Positions 50,660-63,340 of a stretch of 64,000 nt of DNA are shown here, in pieces. Location: contig NMRA01000324.1 in NCBI GenBank assembly GCA_002633005.1, forward strand, positions 314,624-378,623, given 5' to 3'. Position 1 is the stretch's first letter, and every line of letters begins with the position of its first letter. A program made the position numbers and the translations under genes. The DNA comes from Phoronis australis. Taxonomy: Eukaryota; Animalia; Phoronida. A model generated the notes under the pieces. That model saw only the letters and a program-made list of their open reading frames with translations, did no database searches and was not told where the DNA came from.

Positions 50660-51434
50660 CATAGGCGGACTTAGGGGGTAGCCCCCCTGTGTGCCGCAAA
50701 AAATAAAACCGCAAGAGCGTAGGGAAATGTTGATTTGATAAATTAACCCCTGTAATTAAAATTACACGGCTGAAACAAGATTTAAATGTGTACAGTTTTA
50801 GGGTTTGGGGGGCTCAGATCATATTTCAAGTGTCAAATTCGGAACAAGGCGCAATCGTAACGGAACTATGAGTAAGTATAGGCTCTCCCGCGTTATCTCA
50901 GGCGACCGGCAGTGGCGCTAGGCACTACGACTCCGTTTCCGTCGTCTGCTCTACTGTGCAATGAAGAAAATTACTTCCTTTTTTAAAGAAAATGGAATCT
51001 GAGCGATAATGAAAAAACAGAAGCTGCCGGTAAGATGTCAATTTTAATCGAAGCCTTAGTGAATCACTTAGAAACATATAATTATCTCTTTGTCAAACCA
51101 TATTTTTTGACGATTTCCAAAGCAATCGCGTCCTTATTGCCAACACAAAAATCGGATTTGGTCTTTTGGGCAATTGAAGACTATTTTTAATACAACACAT
51201 TTGTTACGAACTGATTGCACAAAATATAAAACGTGTAGTAAGCATTACAAAAAGAAGGTTTCGCGCGCAAACGCTTTGGACCATAGGCAAGTAGGTCTCT
51301 TAGTATTAAATTAGGGGCAAACCCCCTTCCCGAACTTCCCCCACTCGGCGCTATGCGCATCTACAATCGTTCTTTGAGCAAAAGTTTACAGAAAAATGTT
51401 GCTCCCATCTTTTCATGTCCTTGATCCGCCACTG
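50660..51434 (+). mobile_element. Non-autonomous hAT-like element with 5-bp TSD GTACC
   Basis: Termini cataggcgga...tccgccactg. gtacc on both sides. It interrupts the repeat homologous to 9215-9545 and carries a short MKKITSFFK remnant at ~50961. Confidence 0.75.
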
Positions 51435-52742
51435 GTACCGAAGTATTTCCGAAGCTCTGCTTAAGTCCGCTTTAAAAGCTTGTTGAGTGTCCTTTACATA
51501 ATTTGATTTCGGTATGAATGTATTGAAACTCTTTGTTTGTAAAATAACCTTTATTAAAACCGAAGAATAATTAATTTAGGATTACTGCAAAAACCAGCAG
51601 TTGCCTAAAGCAACTATATGTATGGCCTGACATCGCAAATTTCCACCAAACCCAAGTGTTCGTTGCGCTTCATACAAAAGTAGCTCATAAAGTCAAGATC
51701 AAACACCAGATAGGTTCTTGCATTCAAATGTTAAGTTACTAGTAAGTGAAAACATTGTCTGTAATTTGAAGAAAACTTCACATAAATAGATGTCTAAATT
51801 GCAGACAAATTTCTTAATTTTGACACCAGGTTTGCTTGCACAAACTCAATAGGCGTGCAAGTTAACGCAAAGGTGAAATACACCATGTTAATTATTTAGC
51901 CGACTTTAATTCAGAGTTTTGTGTTTGATTTAGAAATTCCGTAACCATTTCACTATTCACAATTTGGACACTTCAATGAGACCAAGGAAAAAATGCTTAT
52001 GCTTTTTATGCTGAGACATTTCTGGATGTTCATGTTTGCTATTAGTGCATACAAAAGGGCACAAGTACATTGCAACAGTGCCGCACCCAGGCACATCTTT
52101 TAAAACAAACTCTTCCAAAAATGCAGGATTCTATCAGTCAACTTACAGCCGTACAACGTATGAGTAATGTATAAGTTGCAGATTTCATTAAAATGAATGA
52201 ACAGGCAGTTAACATTTTGATATTTTATCGTAAATTACCATTCCTGCTTATAATCTTTACATGAGCATGGCTGCGTTGTAATATTCAATGCACTTTAGGA
52301 TAATGATTCTTAGGATGTAACTTAATTCCACCAAATCTGCCAGACGCAACTTCTTGAAAAAAGACAGACCATTTATCATCAGAGGCACCCAAGGGGCACA
52401 GTTTCAAATGTGGTCAGGAATATCCCAGTTAATGGAATATGGGAGGTGCACAGAGATTTTACTTGGACCTGGAACAGTTGAAACTGGGAACCTAGGCTTG
52501 GCTCATTTTTAGTGTCCAGCTTTTATGTTTCATATATGGTTTAGTTATGGGTCATCGGGAACTTCGTCGGCCTGTGTTGTAAATCACAGTCACCCTCAAC
52601 TTCTGATCATTCTCAAAACACCATAATACCTCAAGGCATGACACTTTGAACTAGGAACTCCACGAGTGCTCCAGTTCACACAAAAATCTTCCCAAAAGCC
52701 ATCGTCATATCTTTTAGTATTATAGTGTATTTGGGAAGATCA

Positions 52743-52799
52743 GACTCAGAGGCTGAGGACGCCTGTGGTATAACTCACAGGCGTCCTCAGCTTCTGGTC
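52743..52799. repeat. GC-rich 21-bp-stem hairpin with 8-nt loop
   Basis: cagaggctgaggacgcctgtg-gtataact-cacaggcgtcctcagcttctg, one G-T pair. Confidence 0.9.
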
Positions 52800-54531
52800 G
52801 TACCTAATACACTTTAAATATATACCACATGGAAAGACACCCAAGACTAAAAATTTCATAAGTGGTTCACTAGTTTACTACAACCGTCCATATCAAACGC
52901 AAAAGTCAAAATAGTTACACAAAACAAGGGATGAGTAAACCACGAGCGATCCTTATTTCTTCTTGTAATATTTACATTGTGGAAGCACAAAATTATGTCC
53001 AAAATCATATGATGCGTACTGTCAATGTGTCCCACGCGAGCCGATACGGAATTATCCGTTGACTTACGGATGAACAGCAATTCCCAATATATCACGGAAA
53101 TTTTCAGAATGGTCTGGATATGTGTGGAGCTATTCATGTCGTGACCTTCCACAACGATTCCGCTATTTCCATGCAGCATATTGCAGTACGCGGCGGCTTT
53201 TTGTGAAGATTGTTGTGCTTTGATAGCGAATTTGTTACGAACTTGCTTGAGTAGAGCACCATAAATGCTAGGCAATTGCATAGCCCTGGATGCTGCAGGC
53301 ATAAAAGGGCGATAGTACACTCCCAGAAATGTTACAAATGTCAAAACACTGCAAATAAAATCAAATATAACATGCATATATGCATACCATAAGTCTGGAG
53401 ATAATCGAGTTAAGATATTTTGAACAAATCGATGAAAATCTGTCGCGGTTTGCTCGAGTTGCTCTTACCGGGTGCTAGTTTTGAGGGTTACGTGAAATCA
53501 CGCATCTTACAAATTTCACCTGATACCTTCCCACGTTACTGTGCAAGTGTCACGCACCACACTCACGCGCTTCGCTTAGTCTCGTGCTAGCCTTTTCCCA
53601 ATGGCACGTCAGTCAATTGAAATACTGTGTGGTTGTCGCGCGCGTGGTGAAAAGGTAAACAGTGACCAAAATGTGGAGTTGGAATTCTTCGCCAGTTGCA
53701 AACCATCCTGAATCCTGAATGCAATTCGAAAAATCATCAACAGAAATAACTTCTGAGGAACAGCGATGACTTATTTCAGAGCTGAGTCAACCAAATGGCG
53801 GAATTAACTGTGAACAAATTGCACAGATATCTCCAACCATGAGGTGAACAGTGGCTTTCATAGTATAGCCCACTACATGTACTTAAGTTTCGTGCTCGTA
53901 GTTTCTGGGCAGTGGGGGGAATATGAGGCGGAGCAGACAAACTAGATTTGAGTCGCTCTGTGAAATGTTGCAATCGTGTCGGATTTGGTTATTGTAGTGT
54001 TGGTATCAATGTTTTAAATTTACTCCTTCAGATTCTTCAAAAATGCAAGTGCATGCAAGTAATGAATGATTACTTATTTTCAGTCTTTATAACCCATGAT
54101 ATAGAGCCCAGTTTTGAAGGAGAATGAAACCCAAACAAAACCCGCGGTTTGCTTTAGGTATAATTGCACCACCTTATAACTTAAGAGTCGCTTATGACTT
54201 CGTATTAAAGTACAGAAGTCATTACCTACAAGTCTATTGGAATAGCTCGTGTTAGTGTAGTTGTTTAACCGGCACATGGTGAATCGATGAATAGAAAAAT
54301 TGGCTAACAAGATAGCGGCTCCAGCAAAATGGTGGAGAGCAGCAAAAACAGGGCAGGATTGTTTTAGTTGATGATATCGCGCTGTCTATCTTTACGAGGT
54401 GGTGGCTGATATAATAACCAATGTTCCGGCATCGTCGGAAACAGGTTCTATGAAATCCCTCTTCAGCTCGTCCTTGTTGGCGTCATTGTATATTGCCAGC
54501 TATATTAGTATGGTTCTTATTGTCAGTAATT

Positions 54532-54740
54532 CTAATCTAAATCTGCTTGTACTTCATCCACCTCTGCATGGTGCTGTTGTTGCTGATGCCCTCCTAGCTG
54601 TTGCTGCTCTAATCTGTTGGCCAGCTCCCTCCGCCTTCTGCCACCTTCACGGTCAGGAGCACTAAGCCAAACTCCCCGAAGTTTTTCTGCCTCTACAGCT
54701 TTTCTGTGGTGGAGTTTGACAATAGCTCCTGAACTGATTG
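54532..54740 (-). pseudogene. Terminal exon resembling the DUF4806 C-terminus (accessory ORF type of animal CACTA/EnSpm elements)
   Basis: Acceptor ttgattcag, then GAIVK...VEAEKLRGVWLSAPDREGGRRRR, which resembles the WL..A.DR.GGR motif. Followed by a Q-rich tail and stop. Confidence 0.5.
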
Positions 54741-57108
54741 CTGAATCAATAAAAAACAGCACTTTAAATACAATAAATCAACACAGTTTGAATTGTAATC
54801 ATAGTGAAGATCAGAGCCAATGCTGGTTATATACTAATTTGCGTTATCAAACAAAGAAAACGTTTTAGTGTATGGACCAATAACCATGGAATTTTGTCGA
54901 ATTATTTATGATGTATGGTCAAGTGATTGCTATTTTGGATGTGATTGATTTCAAACAACAGAGGTATGGACCATCATAAACGAAAATTTAGGATTTTTGT
55001 TAACTGATATCTATGTTGAACTTGAGGGTAAATAAAAAAAAATCTGAGACATGGCTCCTTGCATAGCTTGTAAAAATTTAGCATTCAAGCACAGTCGTTC
55101 ACATCTCAGGTTTCATTTCAATGAAACGAACCTTTTGGTCATGTGCACCACAAGACCTCAATTCTATAAGTCATTTTTGAAATGTTCAGGCCCTGCATGC
55201 AGTCAAAAAGTTCAATGACTCAGCTGGCTCAATTTGAACACTCCTAGCTCATCAAATAGAAATGTTACGTGTCAATGATGCGGGGCGAAGCACTAAAACT
55301 ATCCCATCATTTAAAGAAAAACTCTGGGATTTTAGATGTCTGGGTATATAACAGGATTTAAAATGACTTAAAGATACTAACAAACGTTTTCGAAATTCTG
55401 GCATTTCTCGAAATTAGATATTATGTCGCATGGGTTCACCGCCATTTTCCACTCTTCGGGTCAATTTGTAAGGATGTCTTCTGCTACAAGTTACTAGAAT
55501 GTTCATCAGTTCTTGTTTGAAATTGTGTTCTTCAAGCTCATAACTGCTTTTACCATTTGACACTGAGGGTAGATCGAACCATTAGCGCGCCTGAATAGGA
55601 CTGGTTTGCCTGTGAATGAGTCGCCGTCGGACTGGCTTTTAAGCTCCAAGCTCAAAGTTTGAGAAACGCCTATCAAAATCATGCATAATTTAATTTCAAA
55701 GATACCAAAGTTTTACATAATGAAAATCTCCCACAAAGGTTCCCTTACAAAAATGAACTTAAGTTTTTCGCTGAAAACTTAAGTTTTTGGCGAAAAAACT
55801 TAAGTTTTTGGAAGATAACTTAAGTTTTAGAGGAAAAATTTAAGTTCTTCCGAAAAACTTAAGTTTTAAAAGAAACTTAAGTTTTTAAAACTTAAGTTTT
55901 TCGCCAAAAACTTAAGTTTTTCAGCACAATGTTAAGTTTTTCAGAAAACTTAAGTTTTTCAGAAAACTTAAGTTTTTTCAGGTGTAAAACTTAAGTTTTC
56001 ACAAATAAACTTAAGTTTCAAGTAATAACTTAAGTTTTCTTGAAAACTTAAGCTTTTTGAACTAACGAAACTTAAGTTTTTCTGATAACATATGTTTATC
56101 ACAAAACTTAAGTTTTTGTAATTTTAGAAACTTAAGTTTTCCTGACTTCTTAAGTTTTTCAGAAAACTGGATTTTTTCATATGTGGAAAACTTGAATTTT
56201 CTAAAAACTCTAAGGTTTCTATGTGATGAAAATTTACGTTTTCAAGTTTTTAAAATTTGAATATAGTGAGATATTTTTTAATTTTTGGTTCGAAATTTTC
56301 CCCATTATTTTCCAACAAAAATAATTATTTGCTCATGCAAAACCCACGACCGTTTAACCAGTACTGATTTAGTGCAATTACGTAATCATTATCGCACGAC
56401 TTTGTGAATTTAAATGTAGACGAACATCCGGTGACCGACAGCAGTAAGAATGCACCCAATGTTAATCCCCTGAGACACTGACCTGGTCAGTACAATGTAA
56501 TCAATAGAACTCATGCAATTCTTAAAAAACGTAGTTATTGTGCAAGTTTCCTTTGTGTTGAGTTGTATTCGTAAGGCAGTTTCCACCGGAAGTCAACAGT
56601 TTGAATTTGATAACGACAGTCAACTTCGAAGAAAAAGTCGTATGTTGGCTAGCCCGCGACAATGAAGTTTATATTACTACGGGCAGAGCCAGCAAGAAGA
56701 CATTTCGCAAGTTTTGGAAGTCAGGTTAGTGCCAGAGAGCGTTCTAAAATCGATTGGCCACAATCGATGGTGTGATTTCCAACGACAGCCACTAACGAGT
56801 CACGCTGTCACATACCGACATGGACTCATTCTGTGTGACTTATCTAAACTTCTAACGCGTAATATACATCTGGAGGTCCATCAGAGGAAGCCATAACGTT
56901 CACATCAGGCTATTACTCTATTATATTTCTGTCTTCTGAGGTTGTGTCAGTGTGATCAATGTGTAGTAATAGGGGGGGGGGNGTTGGGTATATTGGCATT
57001 GGTTGTGTGTGCTTATGTCTATGTTCGTAGCAATTCTTGGAAGCTCCTGATTTTGAAAACTCATATCACTGCAGGTCAATAATTTGCAAGATTCACTTAC
57101 ATGTACCT

Positions 57109-57344
57109 CATCCACGCACCCATCCTAAAATATATGGGTGATGCTCAAAATTTTGGGCATGTTGACCTTTTACTAAAAAAACGGGGTATGTTCAGAGCTG
57201 TGCACAGTGCATTCCTGAATTACAGCTTTTTAGTGGACATGTGTCTCGTTTTCTCATTTTTTTGTTTCTATGAGGCTGACATTTTCATGCCTACTTCGGC
57301 AAGTGGGGGGGTGCTCGTTCGAGCCCCCCCTGGGTGCGCGCATG
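57109..57344 (+). mobile_element. MITE nested in the CACTA-like element
   Basis: TIR catccacgcaccca / tgggtgcgcgcatg, flanks tacct/tgcct. Absent from the paralogous region near 1840. Confidence 0.7.
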
Positions 57345-58046
57345 TGCCTGTTTCTCAAAATTAGGAATCACCAATGTAACTATTGTATTGCCTATTTTGA
57401 CTGATTTGCTCAGATTTGTCGGGAGGACCTAGGTTATTGAATGCGAAAGGACATTCCGATCCCACTACTAGTACCCTATCTGGAATACCCCCCGTCATAG
57501 GTCACAATGTACCCAAGTGAACTCTCACCAGTCAACATGTTAACTATTGTTACGCACAGTGAAACTTGCATAATTCCTATCTAATTGCACCAAATAATTC
57601 AATGCAAATAAGGAAAATCTGTGTGATTTGACTTTGGGATTGAGTATGTGCTTTCGAATTTTTACCGGGTTGTGGGATACTAGAATGTCGCACTTAAAAT
57701 TTTCACATTCAGTGCGAGTTCGACTGGTTTCAAATATTTCAGTGTCATGGTGAAAGTGATAGTTAATCTGGGTACAACTTTACCTAGGAGTTGAGTTGAG
57801 GTGAATATGGACTGACTAGAATGATCTCCCCATGTCTGTAGGGGCATATTCTTTTCCCTCTAGAAATTTGCTTGGAACCTCAATTTAATATCTTTGCAAA
57901 TGTCAGCCAGTAAAGTGATTGGTAGGACTCGGAGTACAGGATATAGTATTTTTATGTTTACTGTAGTACATGAGATAATAATTTTATTTTTACTGTAAAC
58001 TATTATGGTTACATAAGACCTCTCGTGAAGACCATGCCAGTATCTT

Positions 58047-58211
58047 CAATGGTGGATTCAGAGGACAGCTAAGAGGCCATGGCCCCGGCCCCCTAAAACG
58101 CTACAAGATCAATTGGCAGTTGGGGGGGGAGGGGGTGAATGTCTGATGGGCAAAACCCTACTCTGCCCTAGCCCCCCAACTCAAAATCCTGGATCCGCCC
58201 GACCGCCCCTG
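58047..58211 (+). mobile_element. hAT-like MITE with 5-bp TSD ATCTT
   Basis: caatggtggattc...ggatccgcccgaccgcccctg, with atctt at 58042-58046 and 58212-58216. Confidence 0.75.
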
Positions 58212-59534
58212 ATCTTTACATGGATAGCATTCCCTGTAAATGGGTTATGTCTGGATTCTTAAGAAGCTATCACATACTGTTATGTTTGCTAATATCTCCT
58301 TGTTTTCAGGTCTCTATTAACTTGGCGGAGTACTTGGAAGAACTAGACATCCAAACATTTGCATCGAAACAATCACCCAGGGGTGGTATTGGGCTGTCTA
58401 CATCCACATGGCAGGTAGAGCTTCATATGTTTCATTGTTGAGTTAAAAATAGTGCTGCTATCAGGGTTTGAATTTGAAACAATATGAAATATGTCCTTGG
58501 TTTAGCCAATGGGCTTATAATCTTTAACAAGCTCACTGATTCTTGTGGCCATTTGGTCAAGTCAGTGTAAAGCTTCTTGATTTTGCTATAAGTTTCAAAA
58601 AGTACACGCGAAAGTATACATGTGAGATTAAACTTTCAGTTCTAACCCTGGTTGTGCCGGCTAAATGTCCATGAAACATTAGTAAGAAGTTCTATGCTGG
58701 CTGGAGACAGCTAGTTAGAATACAACTAGCTCTGCTCATTATGTAGAGTTGTGCATTTTCTTATCAGATTAACGAATTAAAAAATGAAAAGTTCATTAAA
58801 ATAATGGGAATTGTAGTTTATTGCAGTTGCCAACAGTTTCATCATTTGATAAAAATATTAATTAATTTGTCATAGAACTTGAACTAAAAAGTTACAGGAT
58901 ACGATACCTTGTTAGCCTGAAGTCCAACTTTTATTAACACATTAAGTTTTGTCATATGCACGGTTTGTTCTAGATTGTGATAGCATGATAGGTGACCATG
59001 TGCATGTTTTGTATTCAAGTTGTATAGAATAAAATTGTTTTGAATGTCGCGAATCCAGGATTAAAACTTCATTCAAAACACTATGTGGAAAACTGACCCA
59101 CTGCAGTGCATGCTTGAAGTAAACGTGCAGACTAGTCTTGCACTTGAATCCTGGAGAGTGATTGGTTAAATTTTGAGTTTGAAGACTATTTTCTAGGCTC
59201 TGTATATAAGTCAGGAAGTTTTACAAATCAGCGTTGTATAAACAGCACGATAAATTTCCAGCAAGTTAAGTTGTCTTATACTGATAGCTTTTACCCATCT
59301 GTTATTAAATTTTTTTGTCTTTATTGCAGAGTGTGCCTTCAACAATCGTTGGATAAGGAAGGCTACCCAGACAACGCAACGTACGCACTTACGAACTGCA
59401 GCTCATGAACCTATGAATTCAGTTATCTGAGCTCAGAAATGCGCGCTTGTAGTCACAAAACATGGATTATTTGCCTGTGAAGCTAAGCGAGCAGATCCAG
59501 CTAAAGAAGATTAAGTGTCTTGTGGTCTACCATA

Positions 59535-60031
59535 GGGCCCTTTCACATTGACTTAACTCTTGTCTGAGCGGAGCATCGGCGTACACTGCGAAGTTAACTG
59601 GACCGTTCATTCTGGCTTCCGTAGTTAATGAACTTCAAAGTAAACAGTAGGTGACGCTGTCGTGATCGAAGGTATCGCAAGGTAGCACTGCACGCTAAGA
59701 TGTGACAACTTGGGAACATTTACATGTGTTAATTGACATAAAACGTATTTTTAAATTGATTGGTGATTATTATAGCAAGGTATAAGCAACTATTAGCCAT
59801 CACACTACTGTGAATTTGTTAATGATAACAGTGGCCCCTGGCAATAACTTCGATAGGACTGAAGTTGATCGTTTATACTGCGTGGCAGCATTGACGCTAA
59901 GCAATTAAATCCACCTGTTTAGTGCGAAGTTAACTGGCGCTGTTAACTTCCTTCCAGGACCAAAGTTTAAGCGTTCAAACTGACATTAACTCCCAAAAAC
60001 GTCGACGCGTCTATGTTAGTATGAAAGGCCC
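59535..60031. mobile_element. MITE (Harbinger/Tourist-like GGG termini, TA flanks)
   Basis: ta|gggccctttcacattgac ... gttagtatgaaaggccc|ta, with an internal duplicated gcgaagttaactgg. Confidence 0.6.
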
Positions 60032-61399
60032 TATATGTGTATGAAGTTCAGTAGCTTTAAATTACAGGAAAAAGAATATTTTTGTGGTCAAAGGTCTAAG
60101 TTTTCTAATTTCCATCTCGTATAACCAGGTTGTACTTAGGGTTACTTTTAGTGAAACTTGTTTGCACCATGGAGTGTATTGGATTTACTGTTATTATGAT
60201 TGTCAACAAAACGAAACTTTGACTTTTAAATTGATATTTTTAAGGTTGCAAACAATTATAGGTGATTCTAGTCATTTCTAGGCACTATTTCTAGCATAAG
60301 GATTGTACTTCCCAAAATCAGACCCGTGGCCATTGTCGATAAACTTTTAGTTACCTGTTACGTTTTATGTTATGCTTTTGTCTCTGCGGATATTCTTGGA
60401 TTTTGCATATTAAGTGATTTGTTATTCTTGGTGTCATTGCTGTAATTTTAGTTGAAAAAGTCTGCTGTTGAAACGTAGACTTTTGTTGTAGTCCTTCCTG
60501 GCTATGTAATCACATTTTCTTTGGTTTTGTTTCATGATTTGGTAGTGATTTCTCTGTTTGTACATTCCATTTTGCTCCCTCAGTTATCGCATAATTGTCA
60601 TAGACTGAGAACGATGCAATTATATTATTACCCTCATTTAGTTTTCACTGCATTGTATGCATGACTCTTGATGAACTGATTTTTGAAATGGTTTTTAAGA
60701 TTTTGATATTTAGCTTATGTTCACTTATTTTAAGGAACTAGTGTATTTTACGAAGTGCATTTTATTTTCTGCAAATAATCACTGTTAATGAAATGCTAAT
60801 AGAACTCTAGTTTGTTAAATCTTGATGAGAATCATTAAATTTGTTACTGTACTTCACTCTTGTTTTAGTGAAAGTCGAAATTTTTGAATGCCTTTCTTGT
60901 TGAAACTTATTGCTTTTAGAAAACTTCAGTTTTCAAAAGTTAGTTCCTTGAAAACTTATCTTCGGAAAACTTAGTTTTCAAAAACTTAAGTTCTGATGAC
61001 TTATGTTTGTTACTAAAAACTTGTTCCAAAACTTAAGTTTTTCAAAAACTTAAGTTTCTGAAACTTAAGTTTTCCAAAAACTTAAGTATTTTGGAACAAG
61101 TTTTTTAGAACGATCTTAAGTTTTCTGAAAACTTAAGTTTTCAGAAAACTTAAGTTTTTGAAAAACTTAAGTTTTCAGAACTTAAGTTTTTAAAAAACTT
61201 AAGTTTTTGAAAACTTAAGTTATGAAAACTTAAGTTCGTTCCAAAAAACTTGTTCCAAAATGCTTAAGTTTTCGCCAAAAACTCAAGTTTTCGTGAATGA
61301 AAACTTAAGTTTTTCAGATTAAAAATGTAAGTTTTTCGATGAAAACTTAAGTTCATTTTTGTAAGGGTTCACGTTAGCATGAGATTGGAAACTTGCAAA

Positions 61400-62450
61400 A
61401 CAGTCTACTACAACTCAAAGAAACCAGAAGTTTTTCATTTACTTAAGAAGTAAAAAATAGAAACAAGTACATGTGGCCTAACATCCTTATTAAGGAAAGT
61501 CAGGATTGCGACAAATTTATTTTCTAAAGCTAAAAAGTCCATTCAATTTCATTAATTGATGTTACACCCGTCTTTCTTTAGTAGGGAGGAGTGTCCAGGA
61601 GTTTTTAGCAAAATTCAACAACGTATAAGCAGTACATCCCAAGTTAAACAACGGAACCCATACCAAGACCGAGTTTTTGTTGGATTACAATGTCATGAAT
61701 TTTGTCCAACCAGTCAGTGACTAAGTCATCTGCTTTTCAATAAAAAATTACCAAAATAGCTGTTGACTGGAAAGAGACCAGTCATCAACTGATTTCTGAA
61801 CCATCATATAAAAATTCGTATTAGATGAAATGTTCAATGTATGTACTTCTATATATGTGAGAAGACCTTCTAATTTTTTCTTTTTTGTCGCATTCAGTTT
61901 GGAGACACACACCATATGAAGAAGAGTTTTTAAAGCAGTATTGTTAGAATTTCTATATTTGTATAGATTTGATCAAATATTTCACATTCCTGAACAACCG
62001 CTTCTTCACTATGAGGTTAAGTATTGTCAGATTCCAAAAATGCATGAACTTACTTGTGTAATGCCTATTTTCCAATTAAAGAAAATATTTGGAACGTTTT
62101 TACCCCCTTCAATCCGTCTTACACTCCACCTGATAATACGACCTATTAACTAATTTTGCTTTAGCTCGGTTAATCAATTAGTTTCTGTCCATTAGTTCCC
62201 AATCAAGGCTTATACGTTTTCCAACAAGCTTATTTCTTCGCTACGTTGCTGTTCAGATCAACCACTTGCTTTTTAAGTAGCAAATGGAATTGTTTTGCTT
62301 TGAATCTTCATCAACAACGTTTCAAGGAAAAGTTGATCACTTACAGACAATTGTAAATCTGATTTGTTTGAAGTAGGCTTATCGACTGTCTGATTGTCGC
62401 TAGTCATGTGCTGTTGCTTAACTAATTGAAAAGTAACCGTGACCGCAACA
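61400..62450 (-). pseudogene. Old, highly decayed L1/Tx1 ORF2 fragment
   Basis: DQLFLETLLMKIQSKTIPFA and RIEGGKKRSKYFL*LENR parallel LLLQVILVNIRSRTISYS and KWVEAGEKTTKYFCILEKR in the LINE at 40440-41225. Confidence 0.6.
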
Positions 62451-63144
62451 CTATGCTCAGATTTTTTTAAGATAAAGTTATTAAGCTTCCAAAATGATTT
62501 CGTCCTTCTGGAGAGAGCACTTTAAAAAACCGCCACCATTGGAAGATGATACCGGTAACCAAATTTTATTATGGAGCCATATCATAAATATGGGCTAAAA
62601 GGATTTCAGAATTACGAAAACACTCTAGTGTGGACCGTTTACTTCCAGCTTCGCAAGGGTATTCTTTACTATTGGAGTTAAATTCCCTGCAAACATCAGC
62701 AATGAAAAACTGTGAAAAAATCTCCCTAACCTTAATCCGTGACTTTGGGTTGTTAACTTGTCCATAATTAAGCGGGACATTTGACTGAACGAGAACAAGA
62801 TTAAAATGACCTGCTCAAATAAAAAAATGATTTTCTATAAATGGAACATCTTGTTTTATTTTTCCAAAACAGGACGAGTCCCTCTATAGAAAACACGTAC
62901 TGATGGATGTCTTTCTTGTCTCATTATTAGTAATATCAAAAATTATTTTATTACCAACGTAGTCTTGTTTATGTCATGTAGTTTATTGCGGACAAAAAAA
63001 TAACAAGAATAATAAATATTTTAAGTTGTATTGGGAATTTCAGGGTCACAGCTCTGCAAAAAAATATTTCACAGAAGGAACCAGATAGGTTCCTTAATTA
63101 CAAGAGATAACACACACATTTCCGATACCCAAAGTGTAACTGAG

Positions 63145-63340
63145 TATCGGATACTAAGTGGCACAGGTTAGCATAGTACCAAATGGGTACATAATACCAA
63201 ATGGGTATTGGCCGATTGCCTACCAACTGGGTCGAGCAAAGCGGCAAATTCAATAACAAGTACCAAGTGGGTACAAAATGCCAAATGGGCAAATATCATA
63301 TAAAGTACCAAGTGGGTACACCAAACAGCCAACTGGGCTA
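63145..63340. repeat. Short tandem-like repeats TACCAARTGGGYA (subterminal-type)
   Basis: About 8 degenerate copies, e.g. gtaccaaatgggtac, taccaaatgggta, taccaactggg, gtaccaagtgggtac (x2). Confidence 0.7.

Larger units (their letters stand above)
55742..61367. mobile_element. Non-autonomous CACTA/EnSpm (CMC)-like element, 5.6 kb
   Basis: TIR cccttacaaaaatgaacttaagttt / aaacttaagttcatttttgtaaggg, TT flanks on both sides (2-bp TSD), and subterminal arrays of AAACTTAAGTTT at ~55755-56250 and ~60900-61355. No transposase seen. Confidence 0.85.

Noticed and set aside
52856-53377. 173-aa ORF on the - strand
   Set aside because: No recognisable domain, splice context or compositional support. Likely a chance ORF.
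55755-56250. CRISPR-like array of palindromic AAACTTAAGTTT repeats (also 60900-61355)
   Set aside because: Repeats are ~12 bp with 0-15 bp irregular spacers, mirrored at two TIR ends, with no cas genes and a eukaryotic context. They are transposon subterminal repeats.
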